A DNA stretch of 64,000 nt from Acidobacteriota bacterium. GTDB lineage: Bacteria; Acidobacteriota; UBA890; WLXD01. Location: positions 768,001-832,000 of the forward strand of contig CAXWPL010000004.1 of NCBI GenBank assembly GCA_963666215.2, in the 5' to 3' direction. A program made the translations under genes and the position numbers. This document shows positions 7,243-17,408 of the stretch, piece after piece. The notes beneath the pieces are model-generated. The model did no database searches. It was not told where the DNA came from and worked only from the letters and a program-made list of their open reading frames with translations. The stretch's first letter is position 1; every line of letters starts with the position of its first letter.

Positions 7243-7290
7243 ATTGTTGCTGATGGACGCCTGTCCCGGCTTGCCGGGCGGGCTTTTTTT
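7243..7290 (+). ncRNA. ~48-nt small RNA ending in an intrinsic terminator, copy 1 (possibly Acido-Lenti-1-like)
   Basis: ATTGTTGCTGATGGAC-GCCTGTCCCGG-CTTG-CCGGGCGGGC-T7, starting 7 nt after the -10 box. Paralog at 9981-10028. Family name is from recollection only. Confidence 0.6.
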
Positions 7291-7464
7291 GTGCCTGCAG
7301 CGCGGTCCTCAGAGGCCCTTCTGGCCACTTCTTGCGGGCCCGACAACTCGCGGGCCCGACCGGCTCGCAACCGGCTCGGCGTCCTGCAAGACTCGCGTGA
7401 TCCTCACCTCGCAAAACGGCAACCGCCCGGACCCTGGTGTGCCGGAAAGTTCTGGAGAATCTCC

Positions 7465-9783
7465 ATGCCCCGCGTTCTCGCTCGCTCAATCCTCGCGGCC
7501 GCGATGGCACACGTGCTTGTCGCGTCGCCGGCGGCCTCGCAGACCGCCACCGTAGGATCCCAAAGCCCACCGCAGTTGACGCTCGACTCGATGTTCGTCG
7601 ATCGCGCGTGGGAGGCCGACTCCCTGAGCCCGGCGCGGTGGCTCGATGGCGACAGCTACACGACGCTCGAAGCCTCGGTGACGGTGCTCGGCTCCCGCGA
7701 TCTCGTGCGCCACGATGCCGCATCGGGCGATAGCGTGGTCCTGGTGGGGGCGCACGAGCTCCTCCCCGGCTCTGGCGACCAACCGTTGGAGGTCGAGAGC
7801 TACGACTGGTCGCCCGACGGCCGCCAGTTGCTGATCTTCACCAACTCGCGTCGCGTCTGGCGCAGCAACACGCGTGGCGACTACTGGATACTCGACACCG
7901 AGTCGCGGACGCTCGAACGGATCGGCGGCGCGGCGGGCGAGGCGACGTTGATGTTCGCCAAGTTCTCGCCCGACTCCACCCGGGTTGCGTACGTGCGGGC
8001 CAACGATCTGTACATGGAGAACCTTCGGGGCGGCGAGGCCAGTGTGATCACACGCCTCACCCACGATGGCTCCAATCTGATCGCCAACGGCACCTCCGAT
8101 TGGGTGTACGAGGAGGAGCTGGGCGTTCGTGACGGCTTCCGCTGGAGCCCCGATGGCAGCCACATCGCCTTCGGGCAGCTCAACGACTCGGGAGTGCGAG
8201 AGTTCACCCTGATCGACGACACGTCGGAGCTGTACCCGGTTCTACACAAGTTCCCCTACCCGAAGGCCGGCGAGACCAACCCGGCCGCGCGCGTCGGGGT
8301 GGTGCCGGCAGCTGGCGGCGACGTGCTCTGGGTTGACCTCCCCGGGGACACTCGCGACAACTACGTGGCGCGCATGGAATGGGCGGGCGGTCCCGACGAG
8401 CTCGTCATCCAGCAGATCGATCGCCGGCAGAACAACAACCGCGTGTTCCTGGCCGACGTGCGCACGGGTGAGGCAAGCCAGGTGCTGCTCGACACCGACG
8501 AGGCCTGGGTCGATGTCGTCAACGATTTGCGCTGGCTCGACGGGGGGCGCGCTTTCACGTTTGTGTCGGAGCGCGACGGCTGGCGACGCGTGTACCGAGT
8601 GGCGCGCGACGGCAGCTCCATCGAGCCGCTGACCCCGGCCGGCGTCGACGTGATGGGCATCGAGTTTATTGATGTTGATCCAGGTGGCGGCTGGCTGTAC
8701 TACGCCTCGACCTCCGATGCCACACAACGCTACTTGCACCGCGTGCCACTGACTGCGGACGACGAGATCGTGGCGACGGCGCTTACTCCCACTCGTCTCG
8801 GCGGCACGCATCGCTACGACATCGCACCCGGCGGTCGTTGGGCGTTCCATACATGGTCGAGCTTCGAAACGCCCCCGCAGGTAGCGCTGGTCGAGCTGCC
8901 CGATCACCGTACGGCGCGCGTCCTCGTCAACAACACTGCGCTGCGCGACCGTTTCTCCGCGCTCGAGCGGCCGCCAGCCGAGTTCTTCCGCGTTGAGGTT
9001 GAGCCCGGCGTCGAGCTCGACGCGTGGGTGATCTATCCCGACGACTTCGATCCGGCGCTCAGCTACCCGGTGCTGTTCCACGTGTACGGAGAGCCCGCCG
9101 GTCAGACGGTGCTCGACCGCTGGGGAGGCAGGAACTTGCTCTGGCACCACCTCGTGGCTCAGCGCGGCTATGTGGTCATGAGCGTCGACAATCGCGGCAC
9201 GCCATCGCCGCGCGGCCGCCAGTGGCGGAAGGTCGTTTACGGCGAGGTGGGCACCCTGGCGGCCAAAGATCAGGCCGCCGCGGTCCACAGAATTCTCCAG
9301 AATCGCCCGTACATCGATCCCACCCGAGTCGGCATCTGGGGCTGGAGCGGCGGCGGCTCGATGACCCTCAACGCCCTGTTCCGCTATCCCGATGTCTACG
9401 CCACCGGTATGTCGGTGGCGCCCGTTCCCGACCAGCGCTACTACGACACCATCTACCAGGAACTCTACATGGGAACGCCGCAGAACAACCCCGACGGCTA
9501 TCGGAACGGCTCTCCGATCACCTACGCCGACCGCCTCGAGGGCAATCTTCTCCTCGTACACGGCACCGGCGACGACAACGTCCATTATCAAGGCACCGAG
9601 GCGCTGATCAATCGGCTCGTGGAGTCCGGCAAGCCGTTCTCGATGATGACCTACCCGAACCGCACACACGCCATCCGCGAAGGCGCCGGCACCACACGGC
9701 ACCTGTACGGGCTCCTGACTCGCTATCTCATGGACAACTTGCCGGCCGGGCCGACCGCGCTCCGCGGCAAGGACCCATCTTGA
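7465..9783 (+). CDS. Dipeptidyl-peptidase IV (S9B), secreted
   Basis: Signal peptide, DWVYEEE, GWSGGG nucleophile, HGTGDDNVH, catalytic His in RTHAI. Confidence 0.93.
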   Translation: MPRVLARSILAAAMAHVLVASPAASQTATVGSQSPPQLTLDSMFVDRAWEADSLSPARWLDGDSYTTLEASVTVLGSRDLVRHDAASGDSVVLVGAHELLPGSGDQPLEVESYDWSPDGRQLLIFTNSRRVWRSNTRGDYWILDTESRTLERIGGAAGEATLMFAKFSPDSTRVAYVRANDLYMENLRGGEASVITRLTHDGSNLIANGTSDWVYEEELGVRDGFRWSPDGSHIAFGQLNDSGVREFTLIDDTSELYPVLHKFPYPKAGETNPAARVGVVPAAGGDVLWVDLPGDTRDNYVARMEWAGGPDELVIQQIDRRQNNNRVFLADVRTGEASQVLLDTDEAWVDVVNDLRWLDGGRAFTFVSERDGWRRVYRVARDGSSIEPLTPAGVDVMGIEFIDVDPGGGWLYYASTSDATQRYLHRVPLTADDEIVATALTPTRLGGTHRYDIAPGGRWAFHTWSSFETPPQVALVELPDHRTARVLVNNTALRDRFSALERPPAEFFRVEVEPGVELDAWVIYPDDFDPALSYPVLFHVYGEPAGQTVLDRWGGRNLLWHHLVAQRGYVVMSVDNRGTPSPRGRQWRKVVYGEVGTLAAKDQAAAVHRILQNRPYIDPTRVGIWGWSGGGSMTLNALFRYPDVYATGMSVAPVPDQRYYDTIYQELYMGTPQNNPDGYRNGSPITYADRLEGNLLLVHGTGDDNVHYQGTEALINRLVESGKPFSMMTYPNRTHAIREGAGTTRHLYGLLTRYLMDNLPAGPTALRGKDPS

Positions 9784-9944
9784 AACCCCGGTCGTCGGCC
9801 TGTCTGTGCGGTACGAGGCCTGATAGCTGCGGGCCGTCGTGAATATCCGGCTCTTGGTCGGAAAAAACCGCGGGCCGAGACGTCTCGACTGCAAACGATA
9901 TGGTCACAAGAGCGTACAGGTGTCTTACTGAACGTTATAGTGAC

Positions 9945-9974
9945 TTGACAACAGGGGCCAGAATTTCGTACAAT
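9945..9974 (+). promoter_or_regulatory. Near-consensus sigma70 promoter, copy 2
   Basis: AGTGAC-TTGACA-18 nt (..GAATTTCG)-TACAAT. Confidence 0.8.
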
Positions 9975-9980
9975 TTTCTG

Positions 9981-10028
9981 ATTGCTGCTGGTTATCGCCT
10001 GTCCCGGGTCGCCGGGCGGGCTTTTTTT
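9981..10028 (+). ncRNA. ~48-nt small RNA ending in an intrinsic terminator, copy 2
   Basis: ATTGCTGCTGGTTATC-GCCTGTCCCGG-GTCG-CCGGGCGGGC-T7. No plus-strand gene follows it. Confidence 0.6.
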
Positions 10029-10326
10029 GCGTCCGATTTGAACGCCACGGCCGCCCCTGCGGCGACGGTTTGGCGACGCGTGCTCGGGGCCCCAGGGCCT
10101 CCTCTGGGGCCTGGTGCCCACGCGGAGCTCGGGGACCTCCCCTTGACTGTCTAAGGAGCGTTTGGCGACGAGCGCCGGTACCGGCGCGAGGGCGTCGCCA
10201 TCCTGGCTGGCGGGCCAACCGATCGCGGTCCGGCGTGGTGGGAACCGGTGTGGAGCGACGTGCGGCATGCGGCGCGAGGGCTGCGTCGACATCCGGTTGC
10301 CCTACTCGACCGTTGTTGGGCTCGCG

Positions 10327-12156
10327 CTACTCAACCGTGACGCTCTTGGCCAGGTTACGCGGCTGATCGACATCGCAACCGCGCTCCACCGCCACGTGGT
10401 ACGCCAGGAGCTGCAGCGGGATTGTTGTCAGCAGCGGCGTCAGCTCGGGCATGCACTCCGGGATGGTGAGGATCTCGTCGCTGCCCGCTAGCCGTTCGTC
10501 ACCCTCGGTGCTGACGGCCACGATGTAGCCGTCGCGCGCCCGCGCCTCCTGCATGTTCGAGGTTGTCTTGTTGTACAACGGCGACTGCGGGCACAACGTC
10601 ACCACGGGAACGTCGCGATCGATCAGCGCAATCGGGCCGTGCTTCATCTCGCCGGCGGGGTAGCCGTGGGCGTGGATGTAGGAGATCTCCTTGAGCTTCA
10701 AGGCTCCCTCGAGCGCGATCGGGTACAGGTAGCCGCGCCCGATGAACAGGAACTGTTTGAAATGGCTGACGCGACGCGCCACGTTGGCCACGTACTCTTC
10801 CTGCCGCAACATGTGCTCGATCTGACCCGGAATCTTCTCGAGAGCACGGATGCGCTCGGTGATTTCCTCGTCGGTCAGCGTGCGGCGCAGTGCGGCCAGC
10901 TTGAGCGCGATGAGGTAAAGACAGATGAGCTGCGTCGTGAAGGCCTTGGTCGAGGCGACCCCGATCTCGGGTCCGGCCTGTGTCATCAGCACACCGTCGG
11001 CAATGCGGGTCGCCATCGAGCCGATTACGTTGCAGATCGTCCACACGTCGGCGCCGCGTTCCTTGGCCTCGCGCATGGCTGCGAGCGTGTCTGCGGTTTC
11101 GCCCGACTGTGTGATTGCGCAGGCCACCGAATCCTTCGGAACGAGCGGGTCGCGGTAGCGGAATTCGCTGGAGTGGTCGACCTGCACGGGGAGCCGAGCA
11201 AGCTTCTCGATCCAGTACTTTCCGACGAGAGCCGCATGCCACGAGGTGCCACAGCCGAGTAGCATCAGGCTGTGCATCCGCTGCACCGCCTCTTGCTGCA
11301 GGTTCAATTCTGTCAGCTCGACACGACCGGAATGTCGATTGAGGCGCCCCACCAGGCTGTCGCGTACCGCTTCCGGCTGATGGTGGATCTCCTTGAGCAT
11401 GAAATGCTTGTAGCCGCCTTTTTCGGCGGTAACCGGATCCCACGTGATGCGCTGCGGCTTGGCTTCGACAGGCTGTCCCTTACGGTTGGTTAATGTCACG
11501 TTGTCGGGAGTGATGACCGCGACCTCTCCATCGTCGAGGAAGATTACGTCGCGCGTGTACTGCAGCACCGGAGGAACGTCGGAGGCGACGAAGTTCTCCC
11601 CTTCGCCCAGGCCGATCACGATCGGTGGTCCCAGCCGGGCGGCAACGATTTTCTGCGGCTCGTCGACCGACATGACCACCAGCGCGTAGATGCCCTGGAG
11701 CTCGGCAAGCGCCGCGCGGACCGCATCTTCCAGGTTGCCGGCGTAGAGGCTTGAAATCAGGTGAGCGACGACCTCGGTATCGGTGTCGCTGACAAACTCG
11801 CAGCCCTCGCTCTCGAGCTTCTCGCGAAGGTCGATAAAGTTCTCGATGATGCCGTTGTGCACCAGCACGATGCGGCCGGTGGAGTCGCGATGTGGGTGCG
11901 CGTTCTTTTCGGTTGGCCGGCCGTGCGTGGCCCAGCGCGTGTGGCCGATGCCGTAGTCGCCCTCGAGCGGCTTTGCATCGAGCTGGCCCACCAAGTTGCC
12001 GAGCTTGCCCGCGGCGCGTCGAATGGCCACGCGGCCGTTGCGGCCGGCGAGCGCAACGCCGGCGGAATCGTAGCCACGGTACTCGAGCCTTCTGAGCCCG
12101 TCGATCAGAATTGGGAGAGTTTCTCGCTCACCGACATAGCCGACGATTCCACACAT
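10327..12156 (-). CDS. glmS: Glutamine--fructose-6-phosphate aminotransferase
   Basis: MCGIVG, LEYRGYDSAG, GHTRWATHG, PRNLAKSVTVE. Confidence 0.98.
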   Translation of the reverse strand: MCGIVGYVGERETLPILIDGLRRLEYRGYDSAGVALAGRNGRVAIRRAAGKLGNLVGQLDAKPLEGDYGIGHTRWATHGRPTEKNAHPHRDSTGRIVLVHNGIIENFIDLREKLESEGCEFVSDTDTEVVAHLISSLYAGNLEDAVRAALAELQGIYALVVMSVDEPQKIVAARLGPPIVIGLGEGENFVASDVPPVLQYTRDVIFLDDGEVAVITPDNVTLTNRKGQPVEAKPQRITWDPVTAEKGGYKHFMLKEIHHQPEAVRDSLVGRLNRHSGRVELTELNLQQEAVQRMHSLMLLGCGTSWHAALVGKYWIEKLARLPVQVDHSSEFRYRDPLVPKDSVACAITQSGETADTLAAMREAKERGADVWTICNVIGSMATRIADGVLMTQAGPEIGVASTKAFTTQLICLYLIALKLAALRRTLTDEEITERIRALEKIPGQIEHMLRQEEYVANVARRVSHFKQFLFIGRGYLYPIALEGALKLKEISYIHAHGYPAGEMKHGPIALIDRDVPVVTLCPQSPLYNKTTSNMQEARARDGYIVAVSTEGDERLAGSDEILTIPECMPELTPLLTTIPLQLLAYHVAVERGCDVDQPRNLAKSVTVE

Positions 12157-12276
12157 GGGTCAGGGTCCGGATCCTCTGTAGAGGATCACTCGAAGAAGGA
12201 AAAACCGAGGCGTTGGCTCCATGAAATGACATCGAGTCTCTGCCGAGCAAGCAGAAACGTCGGTGGCTGACTCTCT

Positions 12277-13710
12277 TCAGTCGGCCTCGCGGGCTTTCTT
12301 GGCTTTCGGCGAGTGCTTCGACGTCCAATCCTCCTTGATGACTTGCCTACTGCGCGCCACGGCCAGTCCATCGGCGGGAACGTCTTTGGTGATGGTCGAA
12401 CCGGCGCCGATGGTTGCGCCGCGGCCCACGCGAACCGGCGCGACGATCGCGGTGTTCGACCCAACGAACACGCCGTCCTCGAGAACGGTGGTGTGCTTGT
12501 TCGCGCCGTCGTAGTTGCAGGTAATCGTTCCGGCGCCGATGTTCACCCCGGCACCGATCTCGGCATCGCCCAGGTAAGTAAGGTGATTAGCCTTGCTGCC
12601 GCGCCCGAGCCGCGATTTCTTGATCTCGACAAAGTTGCCCACTCGAGCGTCCTCGCAGATGTGGGCCTCGGGCCGCAGCCGAGCGTAGGGGCCGAGCGTG
12701 GCCCCGTCTTCGACCACAGCGTCCTCGATGACGGTACCGTCGTACATCGTGACGTTGCTACCAATCCGACTTCGGGCAACACGGACGTTGGGGTACAGCA
12801 CGCAGTCCTCGCCCACCGATGTTCCGGCCTCGAGCACCACACCGGGATAAAGAATCGTGTCGGCGCCGACTTCGACATCCACGTCGACGCTGGTGGAGCT
12901 CGGATCGCGCAGCGTCACGCCTGCGAGCATCAGCTCCTCGGCCTTGCGCGAGCGCAACAGCTCCTCGGCACGCGCCAGCTCCGCCCGCGTGTTGACGCCG
13001 TCGATCTCCGCCAGGTCGTGATGCCGACAGAGCCCTACGCGACCACCCTGGTTGCGGATCACCTCGAGCGTGTCGGTGAGGTAAAGCTCGCCCTGCGAAT
13101 TGTCGGGGCGTAGCTCCTGAAGGGCGCGTTCGAGCACACCCGAGACGAACAGATAGATGCCGCCATTCACCTCGGGAATCGCCAGTTGCTCCGCGTCGCA
13201 GTCAGCCGCCTCCACAATGCGCAGCAGGGTCCCGTCGGTGTCACGAACCATACGACCGTACGGGCTCGTCGCGGATTCCCCGTTGACGTGGGCCACCAGG
13301 CCGCTCAGAAAAACGGCCCCCGTCGCGTCCCCCGACGCCTGCTCCGCGGCTATCGCCTCGAGCGTTTCGGACCGCAGACCAGGACAATCGCCGTTGATGA
13401 CAAGCACGAGATCGTTGTCCCCGCGTGCACCGCTGGCTCGCAGCCCAACCTGCGCCGCGTCGCCCGTGCCGCTCGGGGGGTCCTGCACCGCGAGCTCAAC
13501 GGGGTAGCCATCGAGAGCCGAACGGTGTCGGTCGTGTTCGGCCGGGACAACCACGACAATCGAGGCCGGGTTCAGACGCCGCGCCGCTTCGATGACGTGG
13601 CCCACCATCGGTCGTCCGGCGACGGTGTGCAGTACCTTCGGCAGGCGACTGAGCATGCGGGTTCCATCGCCTGCGGCAAGAATCACGACGTGCATCGATG
13701 GCTGCGGCAC
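12277..13710 (-). CDS. glmU: Bifunctional UDP-GlcNAc pyrophosphorylase/acetyltransferase
   Basis: VILAAGDGTRM..LPKVLH, ELYLTD, GNFVEIKKS, ANHLTYLGDA, TCNYDGANKH. Confidence 0.97.
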   Translation of the reverse strand: MPQPSMHVVILAAGDGTRMLSRLPKVLHTVAGRPMVGHVIEAARRLNPASIVVVVPAEHDRHRSALDGYPVELAVQDPPSGTGDAAQVGLRASGARGDNDLVLVINGDCPGLRSETLEAIAAEQASGDATGAVFLSGLVAHVNGESATSPYGRMVRDTDGTLLRIVEAADCDAEQLAIPEVNGGIYLFVSGVLERALQELRPDNSQGELYLTDTLEVIRNQGGRVGLCRHHDLAEIDGVNTRAELARAEELLRSRKAEELMLAGVTLRDPSSTSVDVDVEVGADTILYPGVVLEAGTSVGEDCVLYPNVRVARSRIGSNVTMYDGTVIEDAVVEDGATLGPYARLRPEAHICEDARVGNFVEIKKSRLGRGSKANHLTYLGDAEIGAGVNIGAGTITCNYDGANKHTTVLEDGVFVGSNTAIVAPVRVGRGATIGAGSTITKDVPADGLAVARSRQVIKEDWTSKHSPKAKKAREAD

Positions 13711-13835
13711 GCTGTCTCCTCTAGCCCGCCCTACGTATTGTTGCTGGCCGCCCTGCGGCCGGAAGCGTCGCTCGTGCGGCCACGTCGCCAGCGACCGCTA
13801 GTCCTTCGACGAGCGAACGAGCCAGCGAACTGGGG

Positions 13836-14684
13836 CTACCCTTCGACGAGCTCGCGAAAATCCTCATGCACATGCAGTGGCGTGAAGTCGGGATCGTTCA
13901 TCGCGTAGATGCGGTTCGCGTCGTTGGTGTCGATTGCCGCTCCCAGCGCTCCAATGGCAGCCGGAATGTCGCCGGCCTGCGCGTACGCAGCTGCCTGGCA
14001 GTACAGGATGCGATCGTCGCCGGGCGACGCGATCATCGCCTTGGCGAGGTCGGCTAACGCTTCGTCCGGCCTGCCCGCGTTGAGGAGCATGACGCCGTGC
14101 AAATAGAACTCCTCAGGCTCGTTCGGCGAGTAGCTTGTTGGCTGTACGTTGCGCGCGCAAGCTTGGGCGAATTGGCGTGATTTCGCCGCCAGCGTCGAGC
14201 ACGCAGGCAGCGATTCAGCGAGCGTCAAGAACGCCTCACGCGCCTTACCGTAGCCGCCCCCATGAAACGTCTTGACGGCGGCCTCGAATGCCTTGACCGC
14301 GCGGGCGAAGTTCTTGTCCTGCCGCTCGGACTCGCGCGCGGTGCTGTGCATCCCCGCGGCCTCACACTCTGCCTCCAGGCGTTCCGCGCGCTGTGATGCA
14401 GTCTCGGTGGGCGCGGCGATGCGCCGCGGAAGCGCGCCAAGGGTTTGGATGGGCTCAGGACCGGTGGGCGCCGGGGGCGACTCCGGCTCGGCTGGCTGCA
14501 AGGGCAGGATTGTCGGGACCACGTCGGCTTCCTTATAGTCTTGTTTCTTGAGGCCCATCCGGCGGATCTTCGACTCCATTGCCTTCTGGGTGACGCCGAA
14601 GTGGTCGGCAAGCTCCGCGTACGTCTTGTGGCGATAGTGCTCGCGAATGAACTCTTCGTGCTCGGACGTCCAAATCTTCGCCAT
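13836..14684 (-). CDS. N-terminal HTH plus C-terminal TPR protein
   Basis: WTSEHEEFIREHY..KTYAELADHFGVTQKAMESKIRRMGL; TPR end ...YAMNDPDFTPL. Confidence 0.75.
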   Translation of the reverse strand: MAKIWTSEHEEFIREHYRHKTYAELADHFGVTQKAMESKIRRMGLKKQDYKEADVVPTILPLQPAEPESPPAPTGPEPIQTLGALPRRIAAPTETASQRAERLEAECEAAGMHSTARESERQDKNFARAVKAFEAAVKTFHGGGYGKAREAFLTLAESLPACSTLAAKSRQFAQACARNVQPTSYSPNEPEEFYLHGVMLLNAGRPDEALADLAKAMIASPGDDRILYCQAAAYAQAGDIPAAIGALGAAIDTNDANRIYAMNDPDFTPLHVHEDFRELVEG

Positions 14685-14888
14685 CAACACTCACGCTGGG
14701 TCGATTGGAGAAACGGCTCGCTCGCTACAGAGCAGCAGATTATATAGGGTTGTTGACGGGCCACACGCGAAGCTACGCTGACGGTTACTATCATGCGGCG
14801 TTGCGATGGCGCCGGCGCGGGCGCCGGGCGCAATTGATCGTTTTCCATGAAGGTTCGCACCGCGCTCTACAGAGCTGGGGGGTTCCGG

Positions 14889-15530
14889 GTGCTTGATCGA
14901 CTCACCTGGCTAGGGCACGCGGGCTTCTATCTTGATGGCCCCCCGTCGATTTATGTCGACCCGTTTCGGGTCGATGGCGGACCGCCGGCCGACGTCGTGC
15001 TGATCACACACGTGCACTACGATCACTGTTCGCCCGTCGACCTGCGGAAGATCGTCACGGATTCCACGACCATTCTGTGCCCGAGTGACTGCGTGACTTC
15101 GCTGCGTAGCTTGCCGGGTTCCCGGCGGCTGATGGAGCCGGGCTCGAAGGTAGCGTTCGACAGCGTCACGATTGAGGCTGTACCGGCCTACACACGCAAG
15201 AGCCGCATGCATGGGCGTGAGAACGGCTGGCTGGGCTATATCGTCGAGATGGGCGGTGTGCGTTGGTATCATGCCGGCGACACCGACTACATCCCCGAGA
15301 TGCGCCAAATCCGTGCCGACATTGCCTGCCTGCCGATTTCCGGCGGCGAGACGATGAACCTGGTCGAAGCTGCGGCTGCCGCTAACTGCATCTCTCCTCG
15401 GGTCGTTGTTCCCATGCACTACGGCACACTGCCTGGCGACGACGTTGATCCCGAGCTTTTCCGCAACCTCACGCGAGTCCGGGTTCAGACGCTGCAGCGT
15501 GCGGTCTGGACCGGCGGCGACGAGGAGTGA
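14889..15530 (+). CDS. Metallo-beta-lactamase-fold hydrolase
   Basis: TWLGHAGF, ITHVHYDH, HAGDT, VPMHYG. Start GTG 14889, or ATG 14847. Confidence 0.88.
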   Translation: MLDRLTWLGHAGFYLDGPPSIYVDPFRVDGGPPADVVLITHVHYDHCSPVDLRKIVTDSTTILCPSDCVTSLRSLPGSRRLMEPGSKVAFDSVTIEAVPAYTRKSRMHGRENGWLGYIVEMGGVRWYHAGDTDYIPEMRQIRADIACLPISGGETMNLVEAAAAANCISPRVVVPMHYGTLPGDDVDPELFRNLTRVRVQTLQRAVWTGGDEE

Positions 15531-17401
15531 CACGGGGTCGATCCCGGCGGGTGTCGCGCGTACAGGCTCTGGCTGGCACGCTTGCGCTCGTGGCGGCAAG
15601 CTACGTGGTTTGGCTGGCCGTGGTCGGTGCGTTCGCGTACGAGCCGCTTCGGCTCGCGGCTCGCGGCAGGGCTCGCGCCGGCTATCCATGGCGTGGCGCC
15701 GTGCATGTCCACACGCGGATATCTGCCGACGCAACGGGGACGCTCGAAGAGGTGGTCGCAGCAGCCGCGCGCGCGGGCCTCGATTTTGTGGTTATTGCCG
15801 ATCACACGCGCGCCCGAGGACTCGCCGGAAGGGTTGAGGGCGGCTGGGTTGGCGACGTGTTCGTTGTTGTCGGCGAGGAAATCTCCACCGACAACGGACA
15901 CCTTGTCGCCATGGGGCCGCGGCCCCATCCCTACGCGCTGGGGCCGACCGCGCGGCAGACGATGGCCGACGTAGAGGCACTCGAAGGCTGGTCGCTGATT
16001 GCCCACCCCGACGACCAGGAAGATCCCTGGACCGGCGGCTGGCTGGGTGCGGATGCAACAGAGGTGCTGAACCTGTCCACCGTGGCGCATCGTGCGGCGT
16101 TCGGTCGATTGCTGAGAACGGCAATGATCTATCCAGTCAATCCGGCGCTCGCTCTTTCCGAGCTGATCGCCGGCGCGCCCACGGCGCTACAAGACTGGGA
16201 TCGGCACACTCGACTCAGCGGCGGGCCGTCGGTACAGCAACGACTCGCCGCGGTTGCCAGTGCAGATGCTCATGGGCCCTTCGGGCCCCTCCGTTGGCTC
16301 GGTATGCCGAGCTATGAGTCGTCGCTGGCAGCGATCACCAATGTCGTTTGGCTCGACGAGCCCGCCCCAACTGGCACCGGAGGTGGTGCTCGAGTCAAGG
16401 CGACGAGCGACGCCATCCTCGAGGCACTGCGGGTGGGCCGCTCGGCCGTTGTCGTCGAGGCCATCGGTGTGGTGCCCGGATTCGACTTCTTCGCGGCTGG
16501 CCCCGCAGGCGCGAGCGCTTCTTCCGGCGACGAAGTGGTCTGGGCGCCAGGCTGGACGTTCGAGGCGACGATGGGACTGGGGGGCGGTTCGCGAAGAGGG
16601 GGAGCGGGCGGCGCGGCGGGCGAGAAACCAGGGGGCGCCGCCTACGAGATTCGGCTCCTGCGCGATGGCGAGCTCGTATCGTCGGTTCGCGATGCGGATC
16701 TGTCGGTGCCAGCGTCAGAGCCGGGCACCTACCGCGTCGAGGTCGCCCGAGTCTTGTCCGCGGGTGCCACCGCGGCCGCCGTGCCCTGGATCATCAGCAA
16801 CCCGATCTATCTTTGGCCTCAGTCGGCGATCACGGCCGCTGTAGTGCGCCGGGCGCCGGTACCACCGGCTCCTCCAACCAGCGTCGACCTGCTCGACGAG
16901 CCGGGGTGGCAGACCGACCAGGGGGACGACTCGGTGAGCGCGCTGGCCGCCGCCGAGCACGGGCTGCGCTGGGACCTACGGCTGCCGCGTGGTTCAGGGG
17001 AGAAGCTGAGCGAGGTCGACGGAGCCTTCGCCGCGCTCGCATGGCGTGCTCTGGAGCGGCTCGACTGGTCGTCACGCGGCGGCCTGGTTGTGCACATGAG
17101 CTCGCTGCGGGAGTGGCGCGTGGGGCTGCGTGTTTGGGTGCGACTCGAGGGAGGTGGCGAGGCAACCTGGGAATACGTCTTGCCGTCGTTGCCAGAGAGC
17201 AACGCGCGCGGTGTTCCGTGGTCGCTCTTTCGTCGTCTCGACGGCTCCAACCTCAGCAGTGCGGCAGGCGAAAGCCCGCTGCTCGATCACCTGGCGTCGG
17301 TGTCTGGCGTCGGGCTGGTCGTAACGCCGTTGATGATGCGTCCCGGAACCGAGGCCACCATCGACCTGTTGGAGATGGGCCTCTACGGCGGAGCACACTA
17401 G
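15527..17401 (+). CDS. PHP-domain metallohydrolase, membrane-anchored
   Basis: GAVHVHT, GLDFVVIADH, GEEIST, IAHP, SADAH. Confidence 0.8.
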   Translation: MTRGRSRRVSRVQALAGTLALVAASYVVWLAVVGAFAYEPLRLAARGRARAGYPWRGAVHVHTRISADATGTLEEVVAAAARAGLDFVVIADHTRARGLAGRVEGGWVGDVFVVVGEEISTDNGHLVAMGPRPHPYALGPTARQTMADVEALEGWSLIAHPDDQEDPWTGGWLGADATEVLNLSTVAHRAAFGRLLRTAMIYPVNPALALSELIAGAPTALQDWDRHTRLSGGPSVQQRLAAVASADAHGPFGPLRWLGMPSYESSLAAITNVVWLDEPAPTGTGGGARVKATSDAILEALRVGRSAVVVEAIGVVPGFDFFAAGPAGASASSGDEVVWAPGWTFEATMGLGGGSRRGGAGGAAGEKPGGAAYEIRLLRDGELVSSVRDADLSVPASEPGTYRVEVARVLSAGATAAAVPWIISNPIYLWPQSAITAAVVRRAPVPPAPPTSVDLLDEPGWQTDQGDDSVSALAAAEHGLRWDLRLPRGSGEKLSEVDGAFAALAWRALERLDWSSRGGLVVHMSSLREWRVGLRVWVRLEGGGEATWEYVLPSLPESNARGVPWSLFRRLDGSNLSSAAGESPLLDHLASVSGVGLVVTPLMMRPGTEATIDLLEMGLYGGAH

Positions 17402-17408
17402 CGGGCCG

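Noticed and set aside
8242-9894. Long antisense or alternative-frame ORFs (this one and many others, e.g. 45212-46693, 36622-37788)
   Set aside because: Shadow ORFs of well-supported genes in high-GC DNA, with no motifs.
12157-12276. glmS ribozyme upstream of glmS
   Set aside because: The 120-nt spacer has hairpins but lacks the AGCGCC...GACGAGG core.
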